A DNA stretch of 23,571 nt, from contig JBAMLY010000013.1 in NCBI GenBank assembly GCA_039794045.1, positions 1-23,571 on the forward strand, written 5' to 3'. Below the pieces are notes generated by a model. That model worked only from the letters and a program-made list of their open reading frames with translations, made no database searches and was not told where the DNA came from. Below, in pieces: positions 14,888 through 23,571 of this stretch. Every line of letters starts with the position of its first letter. Within the stretch, counting starts at the first letter, position 1. The DNA comes from Candidatus Micrarchaeia archaeon. GTDB lineage: Archaea; Micrarchaeota; Micrarchaeia; Norongarragalinales; UBA8480. The translations under genes and the position numbers were made by a program.

Positions 14888-17800
14888 ATGAATCGTGGGA
14901 AAAACTTTTTGGACGACGCAAAGTCTATTTTGAGGGACGCTAGTTTTGCATTCATTTTCTGTTTCGTGGTTTTGTCCTTGTTTTCTCCCCCCCTAGCGGC
15001 AGCCAGCCTCAATAGTGTATCGTCTGTCGCGCGCCAACCCAGTGCAGCAGCGAACGCGTTAAGTGGAGCTGCAAACGCATTGCCTGCCACTGCAGAATAT
15101 GCTACTTACTCTTGCCCGCAGAACGGAGACTGCGTGCTCGGCGGAATAATGCGCTTGCCTTCTGGCTCTAACTTTAAGGTGAAGTCGCTTCACGTGCTAA
15201 AGGGAGCAATAATTGTCGTAGAACCCAGCGGCGACTCTGGCGGCTCTGTTTCTTTTGAAGTGGAAGGCGACGCCAACATAGAAGGCATAATCGCTGCCAA
15301 CGGTCCAGCAGGTAAAGACGCGGCAATAAAAGTTAACCGCGGCGACGGCGAGTGGGGCAACAACGGCGCGCCAGGCGGGCGCGGCGGCAACATAAAGGTT
15401 TACGCTAAAAACATTTTGCTTTCCGGCTCCCTAGAAGCTTGGGGTGGCCGCGGAGGCGACGGCGAAGACGTGAACAGTTGGGGCGGAGCGCACGGTGGAA
15501 ACGGCGGCGCTGGCGGCCTCGGCGGAACAGTGCAACTCATTGCTTACAACCAAATAGTTGGCGGCGGAACCATTGACGTGAGCGGAGGAAACGGCGGGCG
15601 CGGCGGTTCAGGAGACGGCTGCGACGGCTACGGCCACGACGGCGGCAGCGGCGGCCAAGGAGGACTTGCTGCACTGAAATACTCTTCAAACAATTTCTAC
15701 GGCAAAGTAATCGTTGACGGCGGCTTTGGCGGAAAGGGAGGCTCGCACGACACTGACTGGTACTGCAAAGCAGACGGCGACCAAGGCCACGACGGCAACA
15801 CTGGCTTGAGTGGAGCAATGGGTTCTTATTCTTTCGAGAAACGCGTTCCGGCCACCCTTAAAGTATTTACCACGAACGGGGAAACTGGTTCTTTTGATAT
15901 AATGACTGGCGAAAGCAAGTGGCTTTACGTTAAAGCTTTTGCTGCGGACGGCTACCCAGTAGAAGTCGGCGTAGAGCCCGCTGAAACAGTGCAGTGGAGT
16001 GTTTCAAACGACCGCTACGGCGAAGTTTCAGGCAGCTGGCCGCACTCAGAGAGTGCTTTGTTCACCGCGGAATACGTGGGGGTAGTACGCGTAATCGCGA
16101 AATCAGGAAAAGCCAGGGGCTCAATCACTGCAAACGTTTTGCCAGGCAAAGCAAAATTCGTTATTGTGCTTCCCCCGGCAACTAGCGTTGAATCCGGGCA
16201 CTCCCAGCAATTCAGTGCAATCGCGTTAGACAAGAACGGCTTCGCAGTAAAAGACTTCGTTCCCTACTGGAGCGTTGAAAACTATGAGGGAAGCGGTTCA
16301 ATAACCCAGACTGGACTGTTTACTGCAGACAAGATAGGGAAAGTACGCGTTTATGCGAGCGACCGCGAAGGAAGCACGCGCGGGAAAGCCATCGTGGTAG
16401 TCACTCCCACGCGCCCAGCAGAACTAAAGCTTTCCTCGCAACCGCAAGACAATCAAACGGCGGGCAAGGAATTCGTGCTCACCGCCTTAGTATTCGACGA
16501 CAACGGCAACATAGTTGCGGACGGCACTCCAGTGACCTTCAAGACAGACTTTGGTTATTTCAAGAACTCTAAGTACAACGGCTTTGACGGAGACGAAGTG
16601 ACCATTCCGACTTTCAACGGCAAAGCGCAGGCAACGCTGGCGTCCAACCTAACTGGAACTGCGATGGTAACCGCCATCGCTTACTACGAGAAAGCAAAGC
16701 TGTTGCTCGTTCAAGAAAAAGAGTTCGCTTCAACACCCTCGCTCTCACAAAAAACGATTGCCCAGCAAGCGCAGAACTCGCAGTACACCGTCTTGCAAGC
16801 GCCTGCCCTGAAAACTGCGAGCATTAAAATAAGTGGCGCGGCAGCACAACAAAAACCAGTGCAGCAAGTCGTGCAAGCCAACGCAATTGCAGGCGCAGTC
16901 AACACCATTGAAGCAACGGCGGCAAACGCGGCAAACGCAGTCAAGCCAGCGCCAGGACTCGGAGCCTCGGCTTCGCTTATCCTACACTTCATTCCAGGAG
17001 TGGCTGCCTCAATTGATTTGAGTGCTAACCCAGACACAATACAAGTCGGAGGAAAAACCTCTGAAATAACTGTTGAAGTACTCGACGCGCTCGGCAACCC
17101 AGTCGCAGACGGCACTTTCGTGACTTTCGAGACAAACGCAGGCAACTTCGGTTGCGCTCGCCCCGACCTCCAAAAAGGGTGCAAGCTCTACTTCTACAAA
17201 ATAACCAAGCGCACCGCCAACGGCGTCGCCAAAACCCTCTTGTTTTCTTCCGAGAAAGCAGAGACCGCCACCGTAACCGCTTCAACTAACGGCCTGCAGG
17301 CAAACGTAAACGTTTCATTCGTTCCACGCGCGCCGCACGAAATCAAGTTGTTCGCGCCAAGCCACGTCATGCAAGGAGAAAACTTCACCTTAAACGTAAC
17401 AGTTTCAGACGAGTACGGCAACCCTGTAGAAGACGGAACGCAAGTTCAAGTCCACCTTAAAGGACAAACTACTAACCAAGAACAACAATATTCTTACGCG
17501 ACCGCGCAAGGAAAGGCAGGCGACCAATACTACTGGATTCCGGCAGAGAACGTAAACATAATCGTGACTTCAGGCTCGGCCAGCGCAAGCAAGCTCTTGA
17601 CGGTTCAAGCCCTTCCAGCATACAACATCTCGCTTTCCGCGCAATCGCCAGTGGAAGCCGGTAACTCCTCGCAAATTACTGCCTACGCAGTCAACTCGCT
17701 CGGCCTACCCGTGTGGGACAACACAACCATAAACTTCAAGATAATAGGATATTCAACTTCGGAAGCGCCAAAGCTTTCAAGCAACACCGCGCAAACCATT

Positions 17801-20800
17801 AACGGCTTCGCTTACGCGGAAGTTTCCTGCAACGCAACCGGCACAGTAACAATAGAAGCTTCCAGCGGCTCTGCCGCAACCCAAGCAACAATAGTATTCC
17901 AAGCCGGAGCGCCGGCAACAATTCAACTCAACGCCCAGCCAACGACGATCGCGCAAGGTGAGCACTCTCAACTCACGGCTCTCGTCCTCGACTCGCACGG
18001 CAACCCAGTCGCAGACGGGACGCCAGTAGACTTTACTGTGAACGGTAATGCTGCAGTCATGCCGCAGAATGCTTTCACGGTCAACGGAACAGCTCAAGCA
18101 AACTTCTCTTCAACAGAAGTAGGAAACTACACTGTAACCGCAACCAGTGGCGCGGCAACCGCGCAAGCACTCATTGAAGTAACTGCCTTGCCTGCCTCGC
18201 AACTTAGCGTTACAGCGCAGTCACCGGTAGTCGCAGGTACAAGCGCAGTAATAGATGTTGCCGTCCAAAACTCTCTTGGACTGCCAGTAGCTGACGGGCA
18301 AGCAGTCAACGTTGACTCTTACGACTTCAACGCTCAAGAGAACAGCTCGTGCAACGCAAGCGCATTCGCTGTAGCGCCCCAGAACGCGCTCACAGTCAAT
18401 GGCAGCGCACGCTTCACAGCATACTCTGAGTGCGCAGGAGAAGCCACTATTAACTTGTCTTCAAACAACATCACCGCAACTGCAATTATTACCTTCGTTC
18501 CAGCGCAGGCGGCCTCGCTTTCATTTGAAGTCCAGCCTACAACGATAATGCAAGGCGAGTACGCTCAACTCACTGCAACCCTCCGCGACCAATACGGCAA
18601 CCTCGCGGAAGGCAGCGTTTCATTCGCTTCCGACATCGGCAGCATCGAAAACACTACAGTCCAGGCACTCGAGGGCGTGGCAAGCACTCGCTTCACTTCA
18701 ATAGAAGTAGGCAACGCCACCATCAACGCCGCCTCTGGCGCTCTCAACGCTTCAGCAGTAGTAAAAATCCTGCCGCTGCCTCCAACCGCAATCGTGCTCA
18801 CCACAACCTCGCCAGTTGAAATCAACAGCCAAGACGAGGTAACCGCGACGGTAACGAACGCCCTCGGACTACCAGTCTACGGCGATTACCAAATAGACTT
18901 CGCGGTCACAACCGGCAACGCGTCCCTCAACCCGCAAAGCGCGCTCACGGTCAACGGCGTCGCTTCAGTCAATCTCTCTTCAACAGAGAGCGGCTACGTA
19001 ACAGTAACCGCTAACTACAGCAACATTACTGCAAGCACGCAAGTGCTCTTCGTGGGCCAACCCGCAACAATACAACTATCACTAGACAAGCCCGCGCCAA
19101 GCGCAGGCGAGACAGTAACAATCACCGCCAACGTAACCGACCCCAACGGCTACCCGGCAGCGCAAGGCACGACTGTTTCCTTCACAGCGCCATCCGAAAT
19201 AGCGTTCAGCTCGGCAACCGCGCAAACAAGCAACGGCATCGCCTCCACCACATTCAATTCAACAGTGGCAGGCACTTACACGATAACTGCTTTTGCTGGA
19301 AGCGCGCAAGCCGAAATCAACGTGTCATTCCAGCCAGGCCAGCCAGTACGCATCGAATTAACGCCGCAAAACGCGGTGTTGCGCAGCGGCGAAAGCCTGC
19401 AATTCAGCGCTCAAGCCTTCGACGCCTACGACAACCCAGCGCCAACACAAATGCAGTGGAGTGCCTCGCTAGGCAACATTTCCGCCGACGGCAACTACAC
19501 TGCAGTACGCGCAGGAAACGACGTGGTAACCGTTTCAACTGGCGCTGCAACAAACTCATCTCAAGTCATAGTATTGCCTGGCGCTCTCGTATCACTTTCA
19601 GTAAATGCATCGCCTTCCTCAATACAAGTAGGCGGCTTCAACTCCACGATTTCAGTGCAAGGCTTTGACGCGGCAGGAAACTTGGTGGAGGAGCCAGTAA
19701 TCATTCACTTCACTTCCACTCTCGGCAATATAACGCCTTCCGAGGCGAACCTATCAAACGGACGCGCCGAAGCAGTGCTTTCTTCAGGTAACACCGCAGG
19801 CACCGCGGTAGTCAGCGTGGCGGACACTAACGTGTTCACGCAAACCACGGTCGAATTCACTGCAGGACCTGCAGCCAACCTCGCGGCATTCGCGGTGCCC
19901 TCTCTCGTTCCCCTCAACGGAACCTCTACCATCGCCGTAGTAGTAAGCGATCAATACTTCAATCCAGTCCCGCAAGCAAGCGTGTCTTTCACGATAGCCT
20001 CCCAACCACAAGACGCGAACGCTTCAATCGAGCCACAACTCGCTCAAACCAGCGCGGCAGGAACTGCTTCAGCGCAACTGCACGCAACAATAGAAGGAAA
20101 CTATTCAGTGCAAGTAGCAGTTGAAGGCACTCCACTCACTGCAAGCGTTTCAGTAGAAGCAGCGCCTGGCGTGGGAGTACTCGAAGGATTCGTTAAAGAC
20201 TTTTACGGCAACCCAGTAGCCAACGCCACTGTTTCAGTGGACTCGCAAAACGCTTCAACGCTCGCGGACGGCTACTACGCCTTCTCGCTGCGCAGCGGAA
20301 CCTACAACGCCTCCGCCCAGCACGCAGGGTACCTCTCAGACTCAAAAAACATAACAGTAACCGACAACGGAGTCACGCGCGTCAACTTCACTCTCCTACA
20401 ATACGGCAGAGTAGAGGGGCTAGTGCGCGACTCGTTCGACAACCTCTTAAACGACGCAGTCGTTGAAGTCGAAGGAAACGGCAACACCTCCACAGTCCTC
20501 GGAGCCTACTCGCTAGAACTCGCTCCAGGAGTATACAACTTGACTGCAAAGCACGCCTCGTCCTACGACCAAACGGTTTACGACGTAGTAGTAATAACGG
20601 GTAACTCCACTCAAGTCGACTTCGTGCTTCAAAGCAAGCTTGCAGTCCTCAGCGGAAGCGTGCGCGACTCGCAAGGCAATCCAATCCCAGGCGCCAACGT
20701 CTCAATAGAATCGCTTGGACAAACAGTTTCAACAGACGCGCAAGGCAACTACGAGTTCACGGCAATTCAGCCCGGCGAGTACGAGGCAACCGCGCAAGCC

Positions 20801-21364
20801 GACGGCTTCCTTGCTTCAACGCAGCACGCAGTAGTAGTAGCAGGACAATACAATTCACTTGACTTCACGCTCTACCGCGGCGCAACCCTTTCCGGTTATG
20901 TCCTCGATTCAACGGGCATGCCAATCGCGGCAGCCAACGTCACCCTCTCTAACGGCGAGAGCGCGCTAACCGACGCAAACGGCTACTACGCCTTAAGCGC
21001 CGTCACCCCAGCCTCTTATGAGGTAAGCGTTCAAGCAAGCGGCTTCATTCCAGCAACGCAGCAACATTACCTCGCAGAAGGAGCCAACACTGCAAACTTC
21101 ACTCTCTACGCTTACGGCGGCGTCAACGGCTCGGTAACGCGCTTGTTCGGAGGCGCGCCAGTAGGCGGAGCCTTGATTCAAGTCACGCAAGACGGCCTAC
21201 TCAAAGGATGGGCTACCACGCTCGGCGACGGTTCTTACACTATTGGAAGCCTCGAGCAAGGCTACTACAACGTCACCGTTTCAGGCGCTGGCTTCGGACA
21301 GCAAACCAAGCTCGCTTTAGTCTTGTTGGGACAAGTCACGACGATAAATTTCAAGGTGTATTAA
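14888..21364 (+). CDS. Giant surface adhesin-like protein: Gly-rich head, ~14 bacterial Ig-like (invasin Big_1/Big_2-like) domains, 5 carboxypeptidase-regulatory-like domains
   Basis: Hydrophobic N-terminal segment FAFIFCFVVLSLFSPPLAAA, GGxGGxGG repeats, and recurring D-x-x-GNPVADGT-x-V-x-F and T-x-NG-x-A motifs. C-terminal GxVxD..GxPI.GAxV...T.A.GxY...NFTL repeats and many N-x-S/T sequons. The start is ATG 14888 or 14876 rather than 14801. Confidence 0.92.
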   Translation: MNRGKNFLDDAKSILRDASFAFIFCFVVLSLFSPPLAAASLNSVSSVARQPSAAANALSGAANALPATAEYATYSCPQNGDCVLGGIMRLPSGSNFKVKSLHVLKGAIIVVEPSGDSGGSVSFEVEGDANIEGIIAANGPAGKDAAIKVNRGDGEWGNNGAPGGRGGNIKVYAKNILLSGSLEAWGGRGGDGEDVNSWGGAHGGNGGAGGLGGTVQLIAYNQIVGGGTIDVSGGNGGRGGSGDGCDGYGHDGGSGGQGGLAALKYSSNNFYGKVIVDGGFGGKGGSHDTDWYCKADGDQGHDGNTGLSGAMGSYSFEKRVPATLKVFTTNGETGSFDIMTGESKWLYVKAFAADGYPVEVGVEPAETVQWSVSNDRYGEVSGSWPHSESALFTAEYVGVVRVIAKSGKARGSITANVLPGKAKFVIVLPPATSVESGHSQQFSAIALDKNGFAVKDFVPYWSVENYEGSGSITQTGLFTADKIGKVRVYASDREGSTRGKAIVVVTPTRPAELKLSSQPQDNQTAGKEFVLTALVFDDNGNIVADGTPVTFKTDFGYFKNSKYNGFDGDEVTIPTFNGKAQATLASNLTGTAMVTAIAYYEKAKLLLVQEKEFASTPSLSQKTIAQQAQNSQYTVLQAPALKTASIKISGAAAQQKPVQQVVQANAIAGAVNTIEATAANAANAVKPAPGLGASASLILHFIPGVAASIDLSANPDTIQVGGKTSEITVEVLDALGNPVADGTFVTFETNAGNFGCARPDLQKGCKLYFYKITKRTANGVAKTLLFSSEKAETATVTASTNGLQANVNVSFVPRAPHEIKLFAPSHVMQGENFTLNVTVSDEYGNPVEDGTQVQVHLKGQTTNQEQQYSYATAQGKAGDQYYWIPAENVNIIVTSGSASASKLLTVQALPAYNISLSAQSPVEAGNSSQITAYAVNSLGLPVWDNTTINFKIIGYSTSEAPKLSSNTAQTINGFAYAEVSCNATGTVTIEASSGSAATQATIVFQAGAPATIQLNAQPTTIAQGEHSQLTALVLDSHGNPVADGTPVDFTVNGNAAVMPQNAFTVNGTAQANFSSTEVGNYTVTATSGAATAQALIEVTALPASQLSVTAQSPVVAGTSAVIDVAVQNSLGLPVADGQAVNVDSYDFNAQENSSCNASAFAVAPQNALTVNGSARFTAYSECAGEATINLSSNNITATAIITFVPAQAASLSFEVQPTTIMQGEYAQLTATLRDQYGNLAEGSVSFASDIGSIENTTVQALEGVASTRFTSIEVGNATINAASGALNASAVVKILPLPPTAIVLTTTSPVEINSQDEVTATVTNALGLPVYGDYQIDFAVTTGNASLNPQSALTVNGVASVNLSSTESGYVTVTANYSNITASTQVLFVGQPATIQLSLDKPAPSAGETVTITANVTDPNGYPAAQGTTVSFTAPSEIAFSSATAQTSNGIASTTFNSTVAGTYTITAFAGSAQAEINVSFQPGQPVRIELTPQNAVLRSGESLQFSAQAFDAYDNPAPTQMQWSASLGNISADGNYTAVRAGNDVVTVSTGAATNSSQVIVLPGALVSLSVNASPSSIQVGGFNSTISVQGFDAAGNLVEEPVIIHFTSTLGNITPSEANLSNGRAEAVLSSGNTAGTAVVSVADTNVFTQTTVEFTAGPAANLAAFAVPSLVPLNGTSTIAVVVSDQYFNPVPQASVSFTIASQPQDANASIEPQLAQTSAAGTASAQLHATIEGNYSVQVAVEGTPLTASVSVEAAPGVGVLEGFVKDFYGNPVANATVSVDSQNASTLADGYYAFSLRSGTYNASAQHAGYLSDSKNITVTDNGVTRVNFTLLQYGRVEGLVRDSFDNLLNDAVVEVEGNGNTSTVLGAYSLELAPGVYNLTAKHASSYDQTVYDVVVITGNSTQVDFVLQSKLAVLSGSVRDSQGNPIPGANVSIESLGQTVSTDAQGNYEFTAIQPGEYEATAQADGFLASTQHAVVVAGQYNSLDFTLYRGATLSGYVLDSTGMPIAAANVTLSNGESALTDANGYYALSAVTPASYEVSVQASGFIPATQQHYLAEGANTANFTLYAYGGVNGSVTRLFGGAPVGGALIQVTQDGLLKGWATTLGDGSYTIGSLEQGYYNVTVSGAGFGQQTKLALVLLGQVTTINFKVY

Positions 21365-21365
21365 A

Positions 21366-23510
21366 ATGGAGGCAGCAACAAGTTTGAACACCAAAATATT
21401 TTTGATGGCGGTCGCGCTCGCAATCACGCCTTTCGCGGCAGCAGCGAGCACAATATACGGCGTCGTTTCCGACCAGAACACTGGCGCCCCAATAGCGGGA
21501 GCCATTGTGTCAGTCTACGACAACACCTCGCTGGCGCTCATAGGCCAAAACACGACTAACGCCTCCGGCTACTACACACTAACTTTCCCTGACCAAGACG
21601 CCAACATCAACGTCACCGCGCCAAACTACTACGCCGACGATTCAATGAAGAACGTGCCATTCGCCTCCAACCCCGGCTTGTCAACTGAATTGAATTTCGC
21701 TTTGCCTCAAGCACTCCCCGGCAGAATAGTTGGAATAGCCACCGACGCTGCAACCTCTCTCCCAATAGGAGGAGTACTAGTTCAAGCCATTCAAAACAAC
21801 TTAGTCAAAGCAGAAGCCACCACAAGCGCGGCAGGCGCTTACTCCCTGAACTTGCCAGCAGGAACTTACTCGCTAAAGTTTTACGCGTCAAACTACATTA
21901 ACGCAACTTGGTCGCCCGTCTTCGTGAACACCAACGCCACAACCACACGCAACATCGTTTTAACTCCGCTCGCCACGGTGAGCGGCAACGTAGCTAACAC
22001 TTTCGGAGAACCAGTGGCAAACGCAGTCGTGTCAATTGGCTCGTACTCAGCGACAACCGATGCCGCCGGCCACTACACAGCAAGCGGCGTAAAACCCGGC
22101 ATTTACTTGCTTAACGTGACCGCGCCAGACCACTACGCCTTCACGCAAACTAATTACGTCGTCTCTCCAGGCGCAAACACTAAAAACATTGTGTTGACGC
22201 CCGCTTACGGCAAACTATACGGAAGCATAAACAACCCAACCGGCGTAATGACTATAACGCTCAACGGCTCTCAATACTTCACTTCCACGAACAACGCTTC
22301 CTACCAAATAAGCCGAGTCGCGCCAGGCACTTACGTTGCCGCCGCGACTACCACTACTCCAGGCTACAGCGCCAACCCCGCCACAATAGCAATCAGCGCG
22401 GGAGCACAAGTACGCAAAGACTTCACGTTCAACCCAGTCGTGGCGACTGGAAGCATTCAAGGCTTCATTACTGACGCCGCAACCGGCGCGCTCCTCGCAG
22501 GAGTCCAAGTCAACTACGGCGGAGCTTCAGTGGCCACGAACGCCAACGGCGAATACGAAGTCACCGGCCTAGGCCAAGGAACCTATATTTTGAGTGCAGG
22601 CGGAAGCTCGTACTCTTGCACTCCAGCAAGCGTTTCAGTGCAAGTCTTCGCGGGCACGCAGTCACACCAAAACTTTTCCTGCACTGCAAACCCCACTCCC
22701 ACCATAACACCAAACCAAGGCGCAAGCGGTTCTAGCGGAACCCGCCTCTACCCAACACCAACCCCGACCTCCACGCCAGCCCCACAACAAGCCACTCCAA
22801 CGCCTACCACCACGCCCACCCAACAAGAACAGCCAACCAAGAAAACGCTTTCCTACTCCATAAAAAAATGGGCTCTCAACATAATGCAAGGCAACCAATC
22901 AATAACATTGTTCCTCTCACGCGAGTACACAGTCAGCGCTGACCCCTCAAGCCCCACTGGCTACACCTCAATAATCACTTTAACAGTGGAAAACCCGTCC
23001 AACTACTCCATCAAAAACTTCAAGCTCTCCGAACTAATCCCGTCCCTCATGGCAGACGACCCCAACCTCACTTACAGCGTAAAGCCAACCAATTACGCTA
23101 ACTACCAAGCCGAGTGGATAGTGAACTCGCTCGGCGCAAGCAAGAAATTCAGCATCTACTACGGAGTGCCAAAGAAACTCCAAGCCGACCTCCTCCGCTT
23201 GTACGCAAACCCGCCACTACTCCAACTCCTCGAAGAAAACGCTCAAACATTAAAAGTAACCGAAATCCCAGTAGAACAACAACAGCCATCCACGCAAACC
23301 GCCTTATTCACGGCAGCCAGCCTCCCATTACTCGGCCTCGCCATAGTGTTCTTCATAGTCGTAATCGCAGTAATCCTCGTCATAACCAAAGAAGCCAAAC
23401 AAAAAATAGAGTCAAGCACAGAACAAGACGCCGACGCCGAACAACCCCACTACGAAGAACCAAAGCAAAAGAAACCAAGGCACGCGCCAAAGAAAAACAA
23501 GCGCGCATAA
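21366..23510 (+). CDS. Membrane-anchored surface glycoprotein with 5 carboxypeptidase-regulatory-like domains, Pro/Thr linker and C-terminal TM helix
   Basis: Signal peptide IFLMAVALAITPFAAA and five GxV.D..TGAPI.GA.V-type repeats. A PTPTPTSTP linker, a beta-rich domain, TM LLGLAIVFFIVVIAVILVI and a charged tail follow. It starts 1 nt after the upstream stop. Confidence 0.92.
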   Translation: MEAATSLNTKIFLMAVALAITPFAAAASTIYGVVSDQNTGAPIAGAIVSVYDNTSLALIGQNTTNASGYYTLTFPDQDANINVTAPNYYADDSMKNVPFASNPGLSTELNFALPQALPGRIVGIATDAATSLPIGGVLVQAIQNNLVKAEATTSAAGAYSLNLPAGTYSLKFYASNYINATWSPVFVNTNATTTRNIVLTPLATVSGNVANTFGEPVANAVVSIGSYSATTDAAGHYTASGVKPGIYLLNVTAPDHYAFTQTNYVVSPGANTKNIVLTPAYGKLYGSINNPTGVMTITLNGSQYFTSTNNASYQISRVAPGTYVAAATTTTPGYSANPATIAISAGAQVRKDFTFNPVVATGSIQGFITDAATGALLAGVQVNYGGASVATNANGEYEVTGLGQGTYILSAGGSSYSCTPASVSVQVFAGTQSHQNFSCTANPTPTITPNQGASGSSGTRLYPTPTPTSTPAPQQATPTPTTTPTQQEQPTKKTLSYSIKKWALNIMQGNQSITLFLSREYTVSADPSSPTGYTSIITLTVENPSNYSIKNFKLSELIPSLMADDPNLTYSVKPTNYANYQAEWIVNSLGASKKFSIYYGVPKKLQADLLRLYANPPLLQLLEENAQTLKVTEIPVEQQQPSTQTALFTAASLPLLGLAIVFFIVVIAVILVITKEAKQKIESSTEQDADAEQPHYEEPKQKKPRHAPKKNKRA

Positions 23511-23515
23511 CCAAA

Positions 23516-23532
23516 TTCCTTTTCTTTCTTCT
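23516..23532 (+). terminator. Pyrimidine/T-rich terminator candidate
   Basis: TTCCTTTTCTTTCTTCT directly after the stop codon. Confidence 0.45.
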
Positions 23533-23571
23533 CTAGCCCGCGACGGGGGACACCACTCGCCAGTGTTTGGC

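Noticed and set aside
21355..21370. Frameshift splitting one giant gene
   Set aside because: The downstream ORF has its own ATG and signal peptide, and the upstream domain ends complete.
23533..23571. GC-rich end segment as an RNA gene
   Set aside because: It is too short to call and could equally be the last codons of a convergent CDS (AKHWRVVSPVAG-stop).
1..23571. CRISPR array, diversity-generating retroelement or IS element
   Set aside because: No regularly spaced DNA repeats, reverse transcriptase, near-identical repeat pair or transposase were seen by eye.

Overview
Archaeal chromosomal segment, probably from a DPANN-type lineage. The archaeal call rests on the ligase, IleRS and HisRS types, TATA-box promoters, GGTGG/GGAGG ribosome-binding sites and a C/D-box sRNA; the DPANN assignment is inference. 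The left part (1-12.9 kb) holds a secreted PLD/HKD protein, ATP-dependent DNA ligase, a CPA2 antiporter, a coiled-coil orphan, a GNAT protein, tRNA-His directly upstream of hisS, decayed AbrB-like and isochorismatase-like fragments, a MazF/PemK toxin-antitoxin pair and ileS. It also holds an unannotated double-guide C/D-box sRNA whose guides fit 23S rRNA U2552 and about U2613, plus a second candidate structured RNA. The right part (13-23.5 kb) is a three-gene surface cluster: a secreted protein with a beta-barrel-like region, a ~2160-aa adhesin (glycine-rich variable-loop head, ~14 Ig-like and 5 carboxypeptidase-regulatory-like domains, no C-terminal anchor) and a membrane-anchored partner. 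Plus-strand composition flips from G+T-rich to A+C-rich across about 13-16.5 kb. All calls were made by eye, with no database searches.
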